From: a virus
Virus record (IMG/VR): IMGVR_UViG_3300025771_000138
Strand: one strand, 5' to 3'
Length of the DNA stretch: 28,043 bases
Shown here: piece after piece, positions 9,543-19,379 of the stretch
How positions within the stretch are numbered: the stretch's first letter is position 1
Layout: each line of letters begins with the position of its first letter
Position numbers and translations under genes: made by a program
Notes under the pieces: generated by a model
Seen by the model: the letters and a program-made list of their open reading frames with translations, nothing else
Told to the model about the DNA's origin: nothing
The model's database searches: none

Positions 9543-10354
9543 ACAGCAGCCTTACCTGTTAAATATTCTTGCGAAACAGAAAGAGAACCTTCCATAAACC
9601 CGTTAGCTGCTGCAGACAAATCATTTTGATAAATTTGACCTGTGCAACCAAATTCTGTCAATGGCGACTCTCCATACACATCATAAATTTTAATTACGAC
9701 TCCCGCATTAGTACCAGTAAAAGATATTGCATTTCCAAAATCTTCGCCTTTTACAGACATATTGATAATAACATTTTCTTTTGTCACCCTGTAAGGAACC
9801 TCATTGCCAATTGTTACTACAGGATTTCTATCTGCTTTTACAGAATAATCAAAAGACATCTGTTTGTTTATACCAATATCATCTCCAGCTAAAAACGATC
9901 TTAAACCATGACCAATTGGAACTTCTTCTTGAATAGAACTGTAAGATTCAAAGTCTGAATCTGATCTACCATTGTCATTTAAAGACCCTAAAGATCCGTA
10001 CAAATCTATTTCTGATTGAAATAAAATAGGTTGAAATGGAGCCACAGAAAAACTCAAAGATCTAACAAATCCGCTTTCAAAACTAAGACCTGCAAAAGAT
10101 CCATTAAAAGCTTCTCCGGTATGTTCTATAGCTGTCAAAGGATTTAAAAAATCATGAAAATCACCTGTACAATAATGAGAAAAACTTAATGTACCTTTTG
10201 TTGGCCCTTGTGGCGCATAACGAATAACAGAACCCGTCACATCTGTAACTGGCTCTAAAGAAGCGCTAAAAGATAAAGTAGCATTCTCAGCAAAAATACT
10301 GGTGTTTGCTATCTTAAGTAACGCTTTTTCGTATTTTATAAATTTTGTTGCCAT
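9539..10354 (-). CDS. Tail-tube-like protein with two tube-like domains (minor tube / baseplate ring)
   Basis: Beta-strand pattern parallels 11941-12873 and 23216-24595 (SFSASLEPV..., ESGFVRSLSFSV, SFDYSVKADRNPVVTIG). Confidence 0.5.
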   Translation of the reverse strand: MATKFIKYEKALLKIANTSIFAENATLSFSASLEPVTDVTGSVIRYAPQGPTKGTLSFSHYCTGDFHDFLNPLTAIEHTGEAFNGSFAGLSFESGFVRSLSFSVAPFQPILFQSEIDLYGSLGSLNDNGRSDSDFESYSSIQEEVPIGHGLRSFLAGDDIGINKQMSFDYSVKADRNPVVTIGNEVPYRVTKENVIINMSVKGEDFGNAISFTGTNAGVVIKIYDVYGESPLTEFGCTGQIYQNDLSAAANGFMEGSLSVSQEYLTGKAAV

Positions 10355-11937
10355 TAGGTTATATCGAATTCATAAACAAAAGTAAGACTGGCTCCATTAT
10401 ATCTACCACTTGGAGCGCACCATGCTATGGTGGCTGTTGATTCAGCAGTAAATTCAAGGTAAGATTCTGAAGAGCTATCAATACTAAAAGTTAAAATGCA
10501 ATTATCAGAAGCTGAAGCACTATCAAAAGATGCTGTTAAGTAACCAGCATTAACACCATTATTGCTAGACTCAAAAGACAAACAAGTCGCACCTTGCGCA
10601 GTAGCATCTACGTTGAAATTTCCATAAGCTGCTATTAATTTACCCGCATAAGGCATAACTGATTTCGCAATTTCATCAGAAGTTTCAGGGTAAGGATTGC
10701 CACTATTTGGATCAGTAATAGCAGAATAAGAATCGATTCTAGGATCTATATTTATAGCTGGCATATAAGCCGTAATACCCGTATTATTGAAACATTTTAA
10801 TGGATGAGTAAAAACTTGGACAAATCTCCCGGTATTATGCCCAGAATTAGTTTTGTTATGAGTGTTGATGCCATGAGCTAAATATGCACACCCCCCAGTA
10901 TCAACATAAAACAAATTGTTACAAACTGTAGTATTGTCAAACACAGCATTTGAAGCATTAAGTTGAGCCGTTTTATGATGAATTCCAAAGTATTGATTGC
11001 TCCCATTTTTAAATGTTCCCGTTATCCAATTAACTCTTTGCGTACTACTTTGACAATTAGAATAACTTAAAACATTAGAATAAGCATTGCTGTCTGTGTT
11101 CTTAAAATATATCCACGAACCATTAGAATTATTACTATAAAAATCTCCAATAAGTCCATTATTTGTTTCTGAAACATTTAAAGCAGCATCAAAATCTGTT
11201 GTTTTAACCCCTAACTGACCAGAAGCATTAAAATTAATATTAGACGCTCCTCCAGTATTAGCATTACCTAAACTAAATCCTCCAGCAGAAGTATTAGAAA
11301 TATATAAGCTGTTAGTAGCAGTCGTCCCTGAATCTCTTCTTAGTTCTATTACAGCTCCATTAGGATTATTTTGCACAATAGCATCTGATCCACTTACAGC
11401 GCCAACTATATGAAGAATAGCTCCGGGGCTAGTCTCACCTATACCTATTTTTGATGAACTTTCATAAATAACACTGTTCGTTAAAGTTGTAGAATCTGAC
11501 CATTTAGGAATGTAATTAGCTATTCCACCAGTTAATAATCCACCGCCTCCAATATCAGATGTTGTTATGTTGGTCCAAGCATAAGTATCTGTACCTGTTA
11601 CTTTTAAAAACTTACCTGTAGTACCAGCACTGCCGCCAGTATCATAAATACCTCCTGTTACATGAAATGTTCCATTTACTTGCAGCGCATAATTTGCTGT
11701 TGTGCCACCAATACCAATGTTTCCACCATCTTTGATAAATAAAGACACATTACTGCCATCATCGTAAAACGTAATGCCGTTTGCGTTGAGTGCGTAAAAT
11801 GTCTCTCGCTTAAATAAATTTTCAACAGTGATGTTTTTAATTTCAGGGTTAGTTATAGAAGAATTTTTATCTCCTATAAATAGCACATTACAACCTGCTG
11901 TTGTCGTTAATGTATTGTAGTCTAGTATTTTTGGCAT
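10354..11937 (-). CDS. Tail fibre-like protein (527 aa)
   Basis: Repeats GNIGIGGTT..YALQVNG, KIGIGETSPGAILHIVG, QLGVKTT...ALNVS; Gly/Thr/Asn-rich; YIPKWSDSTTL motif typical of fibres. Confidence 0.65.
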   Translation of the reverse strand: MPKILDYNTLTTTAGCNVLFIGDKNSSITNPEIKNITVENLFKRETFYALNANGITFYDDGSNVSLFIKDGGNIGIGGTTANYALQVNGTFHVTGGIYDTGGSAGTTGKFLKVTGTDTYAWTNITTSDIGGGGLLTGGIANYIPKWSDSTTLTNSVIYESSSKIGIGETSPGAILHIVGAVSGSDAIVQNNPNGAVIELRRDSGTTATNSLYISNTSAGGFSLGNANTGGASNINFNASGQLGVKTTDFDAALNVSETNNGLIGDFYSNNSNGSWIYFKNTDSNAYSNVLSYSNCQSSTQRVNWITGTFKNGSNQYFGIHHKTAQLNASNAVFDNTTVCNNLFYVDTGGCAYLAHGINTHNKTNSGHNTGRFVQVFTHPLKCFNNTGITAYMPAINIDPRIDSYSAITDPNSGNPYPETSDEIAKSVMPYAGKLIAAYGNFNVDATAQGATCLSFESSNNGVNAGYLTASFDSASASDNCILTFSIDSSSESYLEFTAESTATIAWCAPSGRYNGASLTFVYEFDIT

Positions 11938-11940
11938 TTT

Positions 11941-12873
11941 TTAAATAAAGTTTTTAAATTGTAAATCGATTGCTAATAACCCATCAACAGATGTAGTTAT
12001 ACTTTCTGACACTAAATTGCCAGACGCTGGTATGTTTCCATCATAAGCCGTGATTCCCCTGCCGTCATCTTGTATAATTGCATTATTATGATCTCTAATA
12101 AACTCAGAATCATGATCTAAAAGTCCATCTAATGTGCCTTCTTCTATCGGGCACCTTATATTTACACTCAAAGATTTATATACACCACTTCTAACATTAT
12201 CTATCATGTTAGCTGTATAATAATCATCTATTTCTATTGTAAAATTGGTTGATAACTCTACAGGTGTTTGAGTTATAACCTGTGTTGGCGCATAATAGTT
12301 TTGACTTGTTTTTTCTCTTAAATCATAAACAGGTGTTCTTGTTATATTATATTCTTGACTAAACTTAGTAATTCTATTACTATCGCTCTGATCAACCGAT
12401 AAAATTATATTATCTTGATTAAGAAAGCATAAATGCGGTAAAGTATGAACTCCTGAGTAGTCTAACTCTCCACCTCTAACGCCGCTACCTAATTGCCCAA
12501 ACACAACAAAAGTACATCGAACTTGAGGTATAGAGCCCACATCTGCAGAAATAGAATAATTTGTTAAATAACCAGATGTGAACCCTATTACCTGTCCTGA
12601 ATTTTCATCTAAATCCGTTGCATATATCAAAGATCCATCTACACCATAATCACCTGTCAAATCCAATAAAGGGTCATTATAAATATAATTTCTAGTAAAA
12701 GATATTTCTCCTTGCGGTGGTTCAGCTAAAATAGGCTGTATATGACCACCACCAAGAACGTTAATAGGGCGACGAGCTACACTGTAGCTCATACTAAGAT
12801 CTGTAACACCTGAGATCCCGGTACCGCCAACATAAAAAATATGCTCGTAACTTGGTGATGCGTTATATGCCAT
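11941..12873 (-). CDS. Tail tube paralog immediately after the TMP (baseplate tube protein-like)
   Basis: GYLTNYSISADVGSIP vs GFITDYSVEAAVGSLP in the 459-aa tube protein; two-domain layout. Confidence 0.7.
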   Translation of the reverse strand: MAYNASPSYEHIFYVGGTGISGVTDLSMSYSVARRPINVLGGGHIQPILAEPPQGEISFTRNYIYNDPLLDLTGDYGVDGSLIYATDLDENSGQVIGFTSGYLTNYSISADVGSIPQVRCTFVVFGQLGSGVRGGELDYSGVHTLPHLCFLNQDNIILSVDQSDSNRITKFSQEYNITRTPVYDLREKTSQNYYAPTQVITQTPVELSTNFTIEIDDYYTANMIDNVRSGVYKSLSVNIRCPIEEGTLDGLLDHDSEFIRDHNNAIIQDDGRGITAYDGNIPASGNLVSESITTSVDGLLAIDLQFKNFI

Positions 12874-12874
12874 T

Positions 12875-15800
12875 TTACTTTGCTACTTTAGTTTTACTTA
12901 ATGAGCCGCCAGTTCTTTGCTCTTCATTGATAACCTGAAGAACAACAGATTTAATTCTTTCTGATAAATCTTTGGCTTTTGTTTTTTGATCGTTGGAACC
13001 ACTTTGTTGATTACCATCTGTACTGCTAGAGCCTTCTCCACTTGATCCCATATTAATATTAATACTAATATTATTAGTATTAGAAGAATCAGAAGAACCT
13101 AATTTTTGAGCAGATTCTGCGACGCTTCCTCCTTCTTGATAGCCCGGTATATACCCGCCGTTAATGCGGTTCATGAATCCAAGACCATATTTACGCACAG
13201 CTCTATTATTCATTACAAATTCTCCACCAGCCATAAATGCAGGAATAGAATCTATATTTCTAGGACCGCTAGAGATATATCCCCCAGCTTGCTTAACATA
13301 ACCTGTCTTATACGGACCCATACCAGACGCTGGCACAGGAGGGCCAGCATAACCTTCTGGTAGCTCAGCAGGTATGTCCCCAGAAGCTCCACCTCCAAAT
13401 TTACCTTGCATTGCTGCTCCTGCAGATCCTATAACAGCAGAAACAGCAGTTTGAATAATCATGTTCCTTAAAGCTGTTTTTTTAGCTTTCTTTTCTTGCC
13501 TTCTTTGCTCTGCAGCAATAGCAGCGTCTCTCATTTCTTTTAGCAATGGATCGTCGCTAGCATAATACATGCTGCTCATTTGACCGCTGCTTTTTAAATT
13601 TACATCTTGATTTAAAAATGCTCCTCCACCCTTAAATCTTGGAGCCATTCCGAAATTTAATCTATCAATTGCTGAAGGGCCACCTAACGCTCGCACAGCA
13701 TTTCTATTTAAAACGTATTCTCCATCTTCAAGTAAAGCTGGGTTTCTATCTCCGGTACGATTACCAGAAATATACATACCATTTTGAGCTTTTATAACGC
13801 CACCTCGTTGCTTTTTAAATGGCACAGCTCCTAAAGTCATAACTCCACCAACAATATTTTCTAAAGCTTGTCGGCGCATAATACGCATAAAATCCATAGC
13901 AACATCCGTTAAAGCACTTTTAAGATCTTTTGTTTTGTCTAAAGTAGCTTCCATGGCAGAAGCCATACCATCCCTAAATTTGATAGGAATTTCTTTAGTC
14001 ATGCTATACTGGAATGTTTCTAGATCATCTTTAACCTGCCCCATACCTTCTTTAAGACCAAGACCTATACCGCTAGGACCGCGCTTTTGAAGTTCTCTTA
14101 AGAATTTTTCGTTTGTTTGTCTATAGTCTTCATTAAATTTCTCTCTGCTAGCCGCAGCTTGTAATTCAATTTCTTTTCTTTCTGCTTCAGCATTGTCTAG
14201 GATTTCTTTTTGCCTTGCCACAAAATCATTATAAGCTGCTGAATAATTTGCATCCCCCGGACTAACTTGCCCTAAAGTTTCACGCCTTGCTTTGGCGATA
14301 GCTTGCTCTTGATCCGTGAAAGATCTTTCTAAATCTCTTTGTTCTTTTGCGTTTAAATCACCCACATCAGCTCTAAACCTAGCTCCAGCAATAGATTGAG
14401 ATTCTCTTATTCTTTGAGAGCCGGTAAGTCCAACGCTCATATCTAAGCCAAATTCTCTTCTAGATAAAGCAAGATTAACATCAGCTTGCTGTTTTGCTAT
14501 TTGCGCATCAGCAATTCTTCTTTGAGCCTGAATGCTAGATATTTCTCTTTGAGCTTCTAATTCTTCTTTTGTGTTTTGAGCTCTAATTTCCTCAATGCGT
14601 ATTTTTTCTTGGTTTATTGTTTTTTCATTATTTAGAGTTTTATTTCTTTGCTCATTTTCTTTAACTAATAATTCATAATTATCAAAAAAAGCTTTAATAC
14701 TTGGATTAGCAATTATTTCATCTTCGGTAAATAAAGCTCTCATTCTTGTGTCAAAGCCAGATATATCTCCCCCTGACTTTAAAGCAGCCTCAAAGTCTGT
14801 TAGGGCTGCTAATCCTTCTTGGCTTTTGTTTGCTTTGCCAAAAATATCTGCATATTTTGCTGCGTTATCAGCGTAAAATTGATCAGCAGAATTAACGACT
14901 TTATTTGCATAGTCTGCTTCTATCTGGGATTTCATATTGTTGAATTTTTCGATAGGAGCATTGATGCCATCTAGCATAGAATTTTGCAGATTTGTCATAG
15001 CATCAGTAAACTGTTTTTGTATATCTCTATCTTTAATAGATTGTTGGGCTTTTTTTACATCAATAAGTATTCTATCTTTGATAGCTGTAAAATTAATTAT
15101 CTCTTGCTCTTCAGGTGTTAGCGTAGTTTTCTCAGAAGTTGCTTTTCTTTTAGAAGCTTGATTTAGCAAGCTGTACATAAAACGACCTTTTTCTTGACGA
15201 TTCATTTCTGCAAAGCCGCCCTGCTTAAAAGCTTTTATTTGATCAAAGTCTACACCCAATAAGCTTTGACCTTGCATATCAAGACTTAGAGAAGTTGCGT
15301 ATCCTAATTTTTCTTGAGACATAGCTGCTTCTAATGCTCTTTTCTTGAAACCTGCTTGACCATAAACAGATGGATCTACAAATTCATCTAAAAATTGGTT
15401 GGCTAATTGATCCATAGTGATATCAGAAGCATTTTCTCCAGAAGCTAACAATCTAGCGCCAATTGATCCAGCAGCTCTATTTTTTTCATATTTTAGTAAA
15501 GATGCAGTCATTTCAGTAATGCTGCCGTTAGCCTCTTTAAAAGATCCATCTAAACCGCTACCACTTTCTTGCAGTTTTTTCATGGCATCAGCAGCTCTTT
15601 TGTTAGCATCTGTTAATTCGTCTTGTGTCAAAGCAGAAGCGATATCTTTTTGCGCTTGAATATATTGCTCTGCTGCAGAAGAATTTGCTTCTGTAGTTTT
15701 TTGATAATCATCAGCTTTTTGCTTGAGCTCTTCTAGAGATAAAGATGAATCATATGCGGCTTTGCCTACACCTATTAAACCTCCAATAACTGCTCCCGGC

Positions 15801-18800
15801 AAACCACCAATCATAGCACCTGATACCGCACCAGAAAGTCCCCCCGAAATCGCTGAACCTGCAAATCTTTGGCCTTGTGTTTGATCGGCCCTTGATTTCC
15901 CGCCGCTAATATATTGTTCCGCAACCCCACCTATTACAGGAGCTAAACTCATAAGCGCGAAACTCCCCCCAACACTTCCTATATTATTTTTTATTCCTCG
16001 CGCTATAGGAGATCTTTCAAGCATTGATTTTTGCTTTACAATCTTTTTTTGCAAAGTAGATGCGCTAACAGCAACAACATTCATTGAAGCAGTAGCCTTT
16101 GAAGCGCTATTTGATAAACTTTGGAATTTAGGCTCTAAATTTTTTATGGTTTGCGCAGTTAATCCTGAACTTTGAGCTGTAAGCATTAACTGGTTTTTAA
16201 TAGCATCTGCAGCATGCCCAGCTTGAGACATATTTTTTATTATGTTTTCAAATCGGGATTGAAGCTGTTTAGCGTTTTGCCCACCCAATCGGCCACCGCT
16301 TTTTGCAGCTGAAACACCAAAAATTTGACCGCTAGCAAAATTCGGCACATAGCCCCCAGCCATAGTAGCGCCTTTACGCATCATGCCAGCCATATTTTGT
16401 GGCTTGATACCTCTTCTTGCATTTGTTATCAAATGAGTATCATAAGCAATCTTTTCGCCGGGAGGGCCTTGGAACATTCCCCGAACCATAGGACGGCTTA
16501 AATTTTCTGAAATAACTCTTCCGGTTTTTAAGGCAGCGGGTGCTTTTAGCTCTCCACCTTTAACTTCCATGACACCTTTTAAAATACCACCTTCAGTTTT
16601 GATTAAATCTACTGCGCTATTGTCATTGCCATACAATTCTCCTCCATGAGCTAATCTGTAGCCCATGGCTTTTATTTTAGGATTTTTAGCAACCTCTGCT
16701 TCTACTTTGTCTCCATAAACTTTCGGGCTCATCCCCCTCTTCATTACGGAACGAATAGGTAAAGATATATGATTATCGTAACCTGTTTTAACTAAATCTT
16801 CTGGGTGAATATTTGGATTTTGAGCAGATGCACTGGAAATATTTGCAGCTGAAGCTAAGCTGCCTAGGGGCATACGGCCACCAGCTAAATAAGGTATATA
16901 ACCATTAGCGCCTTTTACTATGCCAGATGTGTCAGCTGGTTTATTCAAATTTGTTATAAGTAAAGTTTTTACTTTTACATTTTCTCCAGCTGGAGTCTTA
17001 AACATACTACCCACTCTAGGATCAAGTAAATTTTCACCTATGAATCTCGAAGGTTTATTTAAAGTTTGTGTTTTTTCTAAACCTCCACCTTTAACTTCCG
17101 CCATAGCGGTGATTCTGTTACCTACTATTTTAACAAGATCTATTGCGCTATTATCTTTTCTGTAAAAGTCATGTGCAGATTGCCAGTTTTTACCATTACC
17201 AACTAAAGAGAACCCAGATAAATTTGTTTTAAATTCATTTAAAACAAAATCTTCATAAGCTTCTCCGTATTTTTTCTTACTTTTATATTGCGTTTGATCG
17301 TTAAATGCAGGAAAGTCCTCAAATCCAAACTCTGCATCATAACCACTTTTAAGCATATCATTTGGATTGATATTTTTATTTCTTTTTGATGCTGATGCTA
17401 AATTCCCTTTAGCTACTTGCGATAATTTAGTATTATAACCATATGCAGCAATAGGTACAGCGCCAGCTGGCATACCATACCTAGAAATCATATCTTGATT
17501 AAATATGGCACTGCCTCCAGATCCACCATAATTAGGAACCATGACCTCACTGCTATTAGCCACAACCGGGCCAACTTTACCGCCACCAAAAGCAAAATTA
17601 GGAATAACAACAGGATAAGCTCCATTTCCAGCTCCACCAACGCCTCTACTTATCGCGCCTTGTTCTGCGCGAATGCTAGGCATATAACCGCCAGCTTTGT
17701 TTTTTATTTTTTTAGCAGTATCACCTTCTACTCCTGATGAAGTAAGATAAACTCCTCCTGAAGTAAGGTTTTTTGCAATTGAACTGCTAAGATTACTTTG
17801 CGCTATAAATTGATTTGTTATGCCTTTAGCTCTACTTAAAACTAATTCTAGTTGTTTAGCTTGATTACCTTCTGCTTGGAAAATTTGCTGAGCTAATTTT
17901 GCATCCTGACTTAAAAGTTTATTTATAAATTCTTCTGTTTGTGCTCGTTTTGCAGAAGCTGTAGTAATATTTAATAATACAGGTAAAGCTTGAGTTAAAA
18001 ATCCAAAAGATTGTTTGGCAACATTGAATAAAACTTTTAGTGCGCCAACTAATACTGGACCTTGTAATACATTCGCAAATCCTTTTAAAAATCCTTTTGC
18101 TATAGTTGAACCTTCTTTCGGATCTAGCAAATTATTGATTCCGCTTATTACAGAGCCAAAAGAAGAAACAATACTTTTAGCCAAACCTAAAAAGGCTTCG
18201 TCGCCTAAAGTTTTCTGAAGTTTGGCAAACTCTGTACCGGTATTTTGCAGCAATGCAGATAAAGTTTGATTTAACTTAAAGTTAGCTTGTTCTGCTTCAT
18301 TGGTAGCATTTTTTGAAACATCTAAAGCTTTAGCTGTAACAGAATATTCTTTATTTAAATCTTTTAAAATCGCAGAGAGAATATTAGCTTGGAACACACC
18401 GGCAACTTGTTCACGCAAATAAGCTTGAGTAGAATCAGCTAGCTTATCATATTGTGCAGCAAAATTACTTAACACTTGAGTGGCTGGTAATATGTTGCCT
18501 TGCACATCGCGCACAGTAACGTTGAATCTTTCTAATGATTCTAATGTAGATTCACGCTGCAAGCGTGTAAAAATTGTTTTTAATGCGTTACCAATAACAG
18601 CGCCACCTCTACCAGTAGTTTGCTGTACGGAGGTAATCAAAGCATTTAACTCGTCAAAGTCTACCTTAGCATCTTGAGCTGCAGATCCAACGCGGCTTAA
18701 ACCTTCAACAAGATCTCTAGCAGCAACAGCAAACTTTGTTTCAACAGCAACAAATTTATTAACAGCAGAAGTAGTATCTAAATCTGTAAATGCATTAACA

Positions 18801-19339
18801 GTAGCAGTTAACAAGCTTACAGCTTTTTCGGCATTGATACCCGTCAATCGCACAAGTGTTAAAGCATCAGATGTTCTTTTTAAAACTTCTTCTGTTTTTA
18901 AACCCTGACGAGAGAACTCTAGAGCAGCTGCAGATGCTGCTTGAAAACTAGAGGCAGTTTTTTGGGCAGTATCAAACAATTGGTTGCCAAATTTTTCAAA
19001 CTGATTAGCAGTTAATCCTAATATACGGTTAATATCCGCAAATGCTGCTTCTACTTCAATAGAAGTTTTAACTATGTCTTTTAATACTTTAGTAACAGAT
19101 GCTAATACAGCAGTAGACGCACCGAACGCAATCACACGGGCGTTGGCCGCTTCCATCGCAGACTCGAACATATTGACTTGACCCGTGATACGCCCAAGAG
19201 GTCGAGTAAACGATTTTTCATCAATTCCAACTTTTAATTTCGCCTTACTGGCTGCTCTGGCATTAAACTGATTAATGCCCTTCTCAAAGCCTTGAATCAA
19301 ATGCTGGATATTAGGATCTACATTAATTTGTATAGACAT
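12875..19339 (-). CDS. Tape measure protein with inserted enzyme-like domains (2154 aa)
   Basis: TP901-type core (AAFADINRIL...ALEFSRQG...LTATVNAF...KFAV..RDL.EGL.R.GS.A), coiled coils, Gly-rich hydrophobic segment, two lambda gpH-like GE(Y/F)V.N..AV blocks, C-terminal EQRTGGSL. Confidence 0.93.
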   Translation of the reverse strand: MSIQINVDPNIQHLIQGFEKGINQFNARAASKAKLKVGIDEKSFTRPLGRITGQVNMFESAMEAANARVIAFGASTAVLASVTKVLKDIVKTSIEVEAAFADINRILGLTANQFEKFGNQLFDTAQKTASSFQAASAAALEFSRQGLKTEEVLKRTSDALTLVRLTGINAEKAVSLLTATVNAFTDLDTTSAVNKFVAVETKFAVAARDLVEGLSRVGSAAQDAKVDFDELNALITSVQQTTGRGGAVIGNALKTIFTRLQRESTLESLERFNVTVRDVQGNILPATQVLSNFAAQYDKLADSTQAYLREQVAGVFQANILSAILKDLNKEYSVTAKALDVSKNATNEAEQANFKLNQTLSALLQNTGTEFAKLQKTLGDEAFLGLAKSIVSSFGSVISGINNLLDPKEGSTIAKGFLKGFANVLQGPVLVGALKVLFNVAKQSFGFLTQALPVLLNITTASAKRAQTEEFINKLLSQDAKLAQQIFQAEGNQAKQLELVLSRAKGITNQFIAQSNLSSSIAKNLTSGGVYLTSSGVEGDTAKKIKNKAGGYMPSIRAEQGAISRGVGGAGNGAYPVVIPNFAFGGGKVGPVVANSSEVMVPNYGGSGGSAIFNQDMISRYGMPAGAVPIAAYGYNTKLSQVAKGNLASASKRNKNINPNDMLKSGYDAEFGFEDFPAFNDQTQYKSKKKYGEAYEDFVLNEFKTNLSGFSLVGNGKNWQSAHDFYRKDNSAIDLVKIVGNRITAMAEVKGGGLEKTQTLNKPSRFIGENLLDPRVGSMFKTPAGENVKVKTLLITNLNKPADTSGIVKGANGYIPYLAGGRMPLGSLASAANISSASAQNPNIHPEDLVKTGYDNHISLPIRSVMKRGMSPKVYGDKVEAEVAKNPKIKAMGYRLAHGGELYGNDNSAVDLIKTEGGILKGVMEVKGGELKAPAALKTGRVISENLSRPMVRGMFQGPPGEKIAYDTHLITNARRGIKPQNMAGMMRKGATMAGGYVPNFASGQIFGVSAAKSGGRLGGQNAKQLQSRFENIIKNMSQAGHAADAIKNQLMLTAQSSGLTAQTIKNLEPKFQSLSNSASKATASMNVVAVSASTLQKKIVKQKSMLERSPIARGIKNNIGSVGGSFALMSLAPVIGGVAEQYISGGKSRADQTQGQRFAGSAISGGLSGAVSGAMIGGLPGAVIGGLIGVGKAAYDSSLSLEELKQKADDYQKTTEANSSAAEQYIQAQKDIASALTQDELTDANKRAADAMKKLQESGSGLDGSFKEANGSITEMTASLLKYEKNRAAGSIGARLLASGENASDITMDQLANQFLDEFVDPSVYGQAGFKKRALEAAMSQEKLGYATSLSLDMQGQSLLGVDFDQIKAFKQGGFAEMNRQEKGRFMYSLLNQASKRKATSEKTTLTPEEQEIINFTAIKDRILIDVKKAQQSIKDRDIQKQFTDAMTNLQNSMLDGINAPIEKFNNMKSQIEADYANKVVNSADQFYADNAAKYADIFGKANKSQEGLAALTDFEAALKSGGDISGFDTRMRALFTEDEIIANPSIKAFFDNYELLVKENEQRNKTLNNEKTINQEKIRIEEIRAQNTKEELEAQREISSIQAQRRIADAQIAKQQADVNLALSRREFGLDMSVGLTGSQRIRESQSIAGARFRADVGDLNAKEQRDLERSFTDQEQAIAKARRETLGQVSPGDANYSAAYNDFVARQKEILDNAEAERKEIELQAAASREKFNEDYRQTNEKFLRELQKRGPSGIGLGLKEGMGQVKDDLETFQYSMTKEIPIKFRDGMASAMEATLDKTKDLKSALTDVAMDFMRIMRRQALENIVGGVMTLGAVPFKKQRGGVIKAQNGMYISGNRTGDRNPALLEDGEYVLNRNAVRALGGPSAIDRLNFGMAPRFKGGGAFLNQDVNLKSSGQMSSMYYASDDPLLKEMRDAAIAAEQRRQEKKAKKTALRNMIIQTAVSAVIGSAGAAMQGKFGGGASGDIPAELPEGYAGPPVPASGMGPYKTGYVKQAGGYISSGPRNIDSIPAFMAGGEFVMNNRAVRKYGLGFMNRINGGYIPGYQEGGSVAESAQKLGSSDSSNTNNISININMGSSGEGSSSTDGNQQSGSNDQKTKAKDLSERIKSVVLQVINEEQRTGGSLSKTKVAK
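16328..17449 (-). repeat. Tandem 177-aa-period repeat inside the TMP, each unit PD-(D/E)xK-like
   Basis: Units align (NINPNDMLKSGYD/NIHPEDLVKTGYD; DNSAIDLVK/DNSAVDLIK; EVKGG twice; ENL; LITN). A 17-nt exact DNA match lies at 16552-16568 and 17083-17099. Confidence 0.85.
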
Positions 19340-19354
19340 AGTTACTAGTTATAT

Positions 19355-19365
19355 TTATACACTTT
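19355..19365 (-). promoter_or_regulatory. AAAGTGTATAA promoter-like motif upstream of the TMP
   Basis: Exact 11-mer in the 40-nt intergenic gap, ending 15 nt before the ATG. Confidence 0.6.
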
Positions 19366-19379
19366 TTTTGCAGAAAAAA

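Noticed and set aside
12875-19339. Peptidoglycan hydrolase domain in the TMP
   Set aside because: No lysozyme/SLT, M23 (HxxxD, HxH) or NlpC/P60 motif could be recognised.
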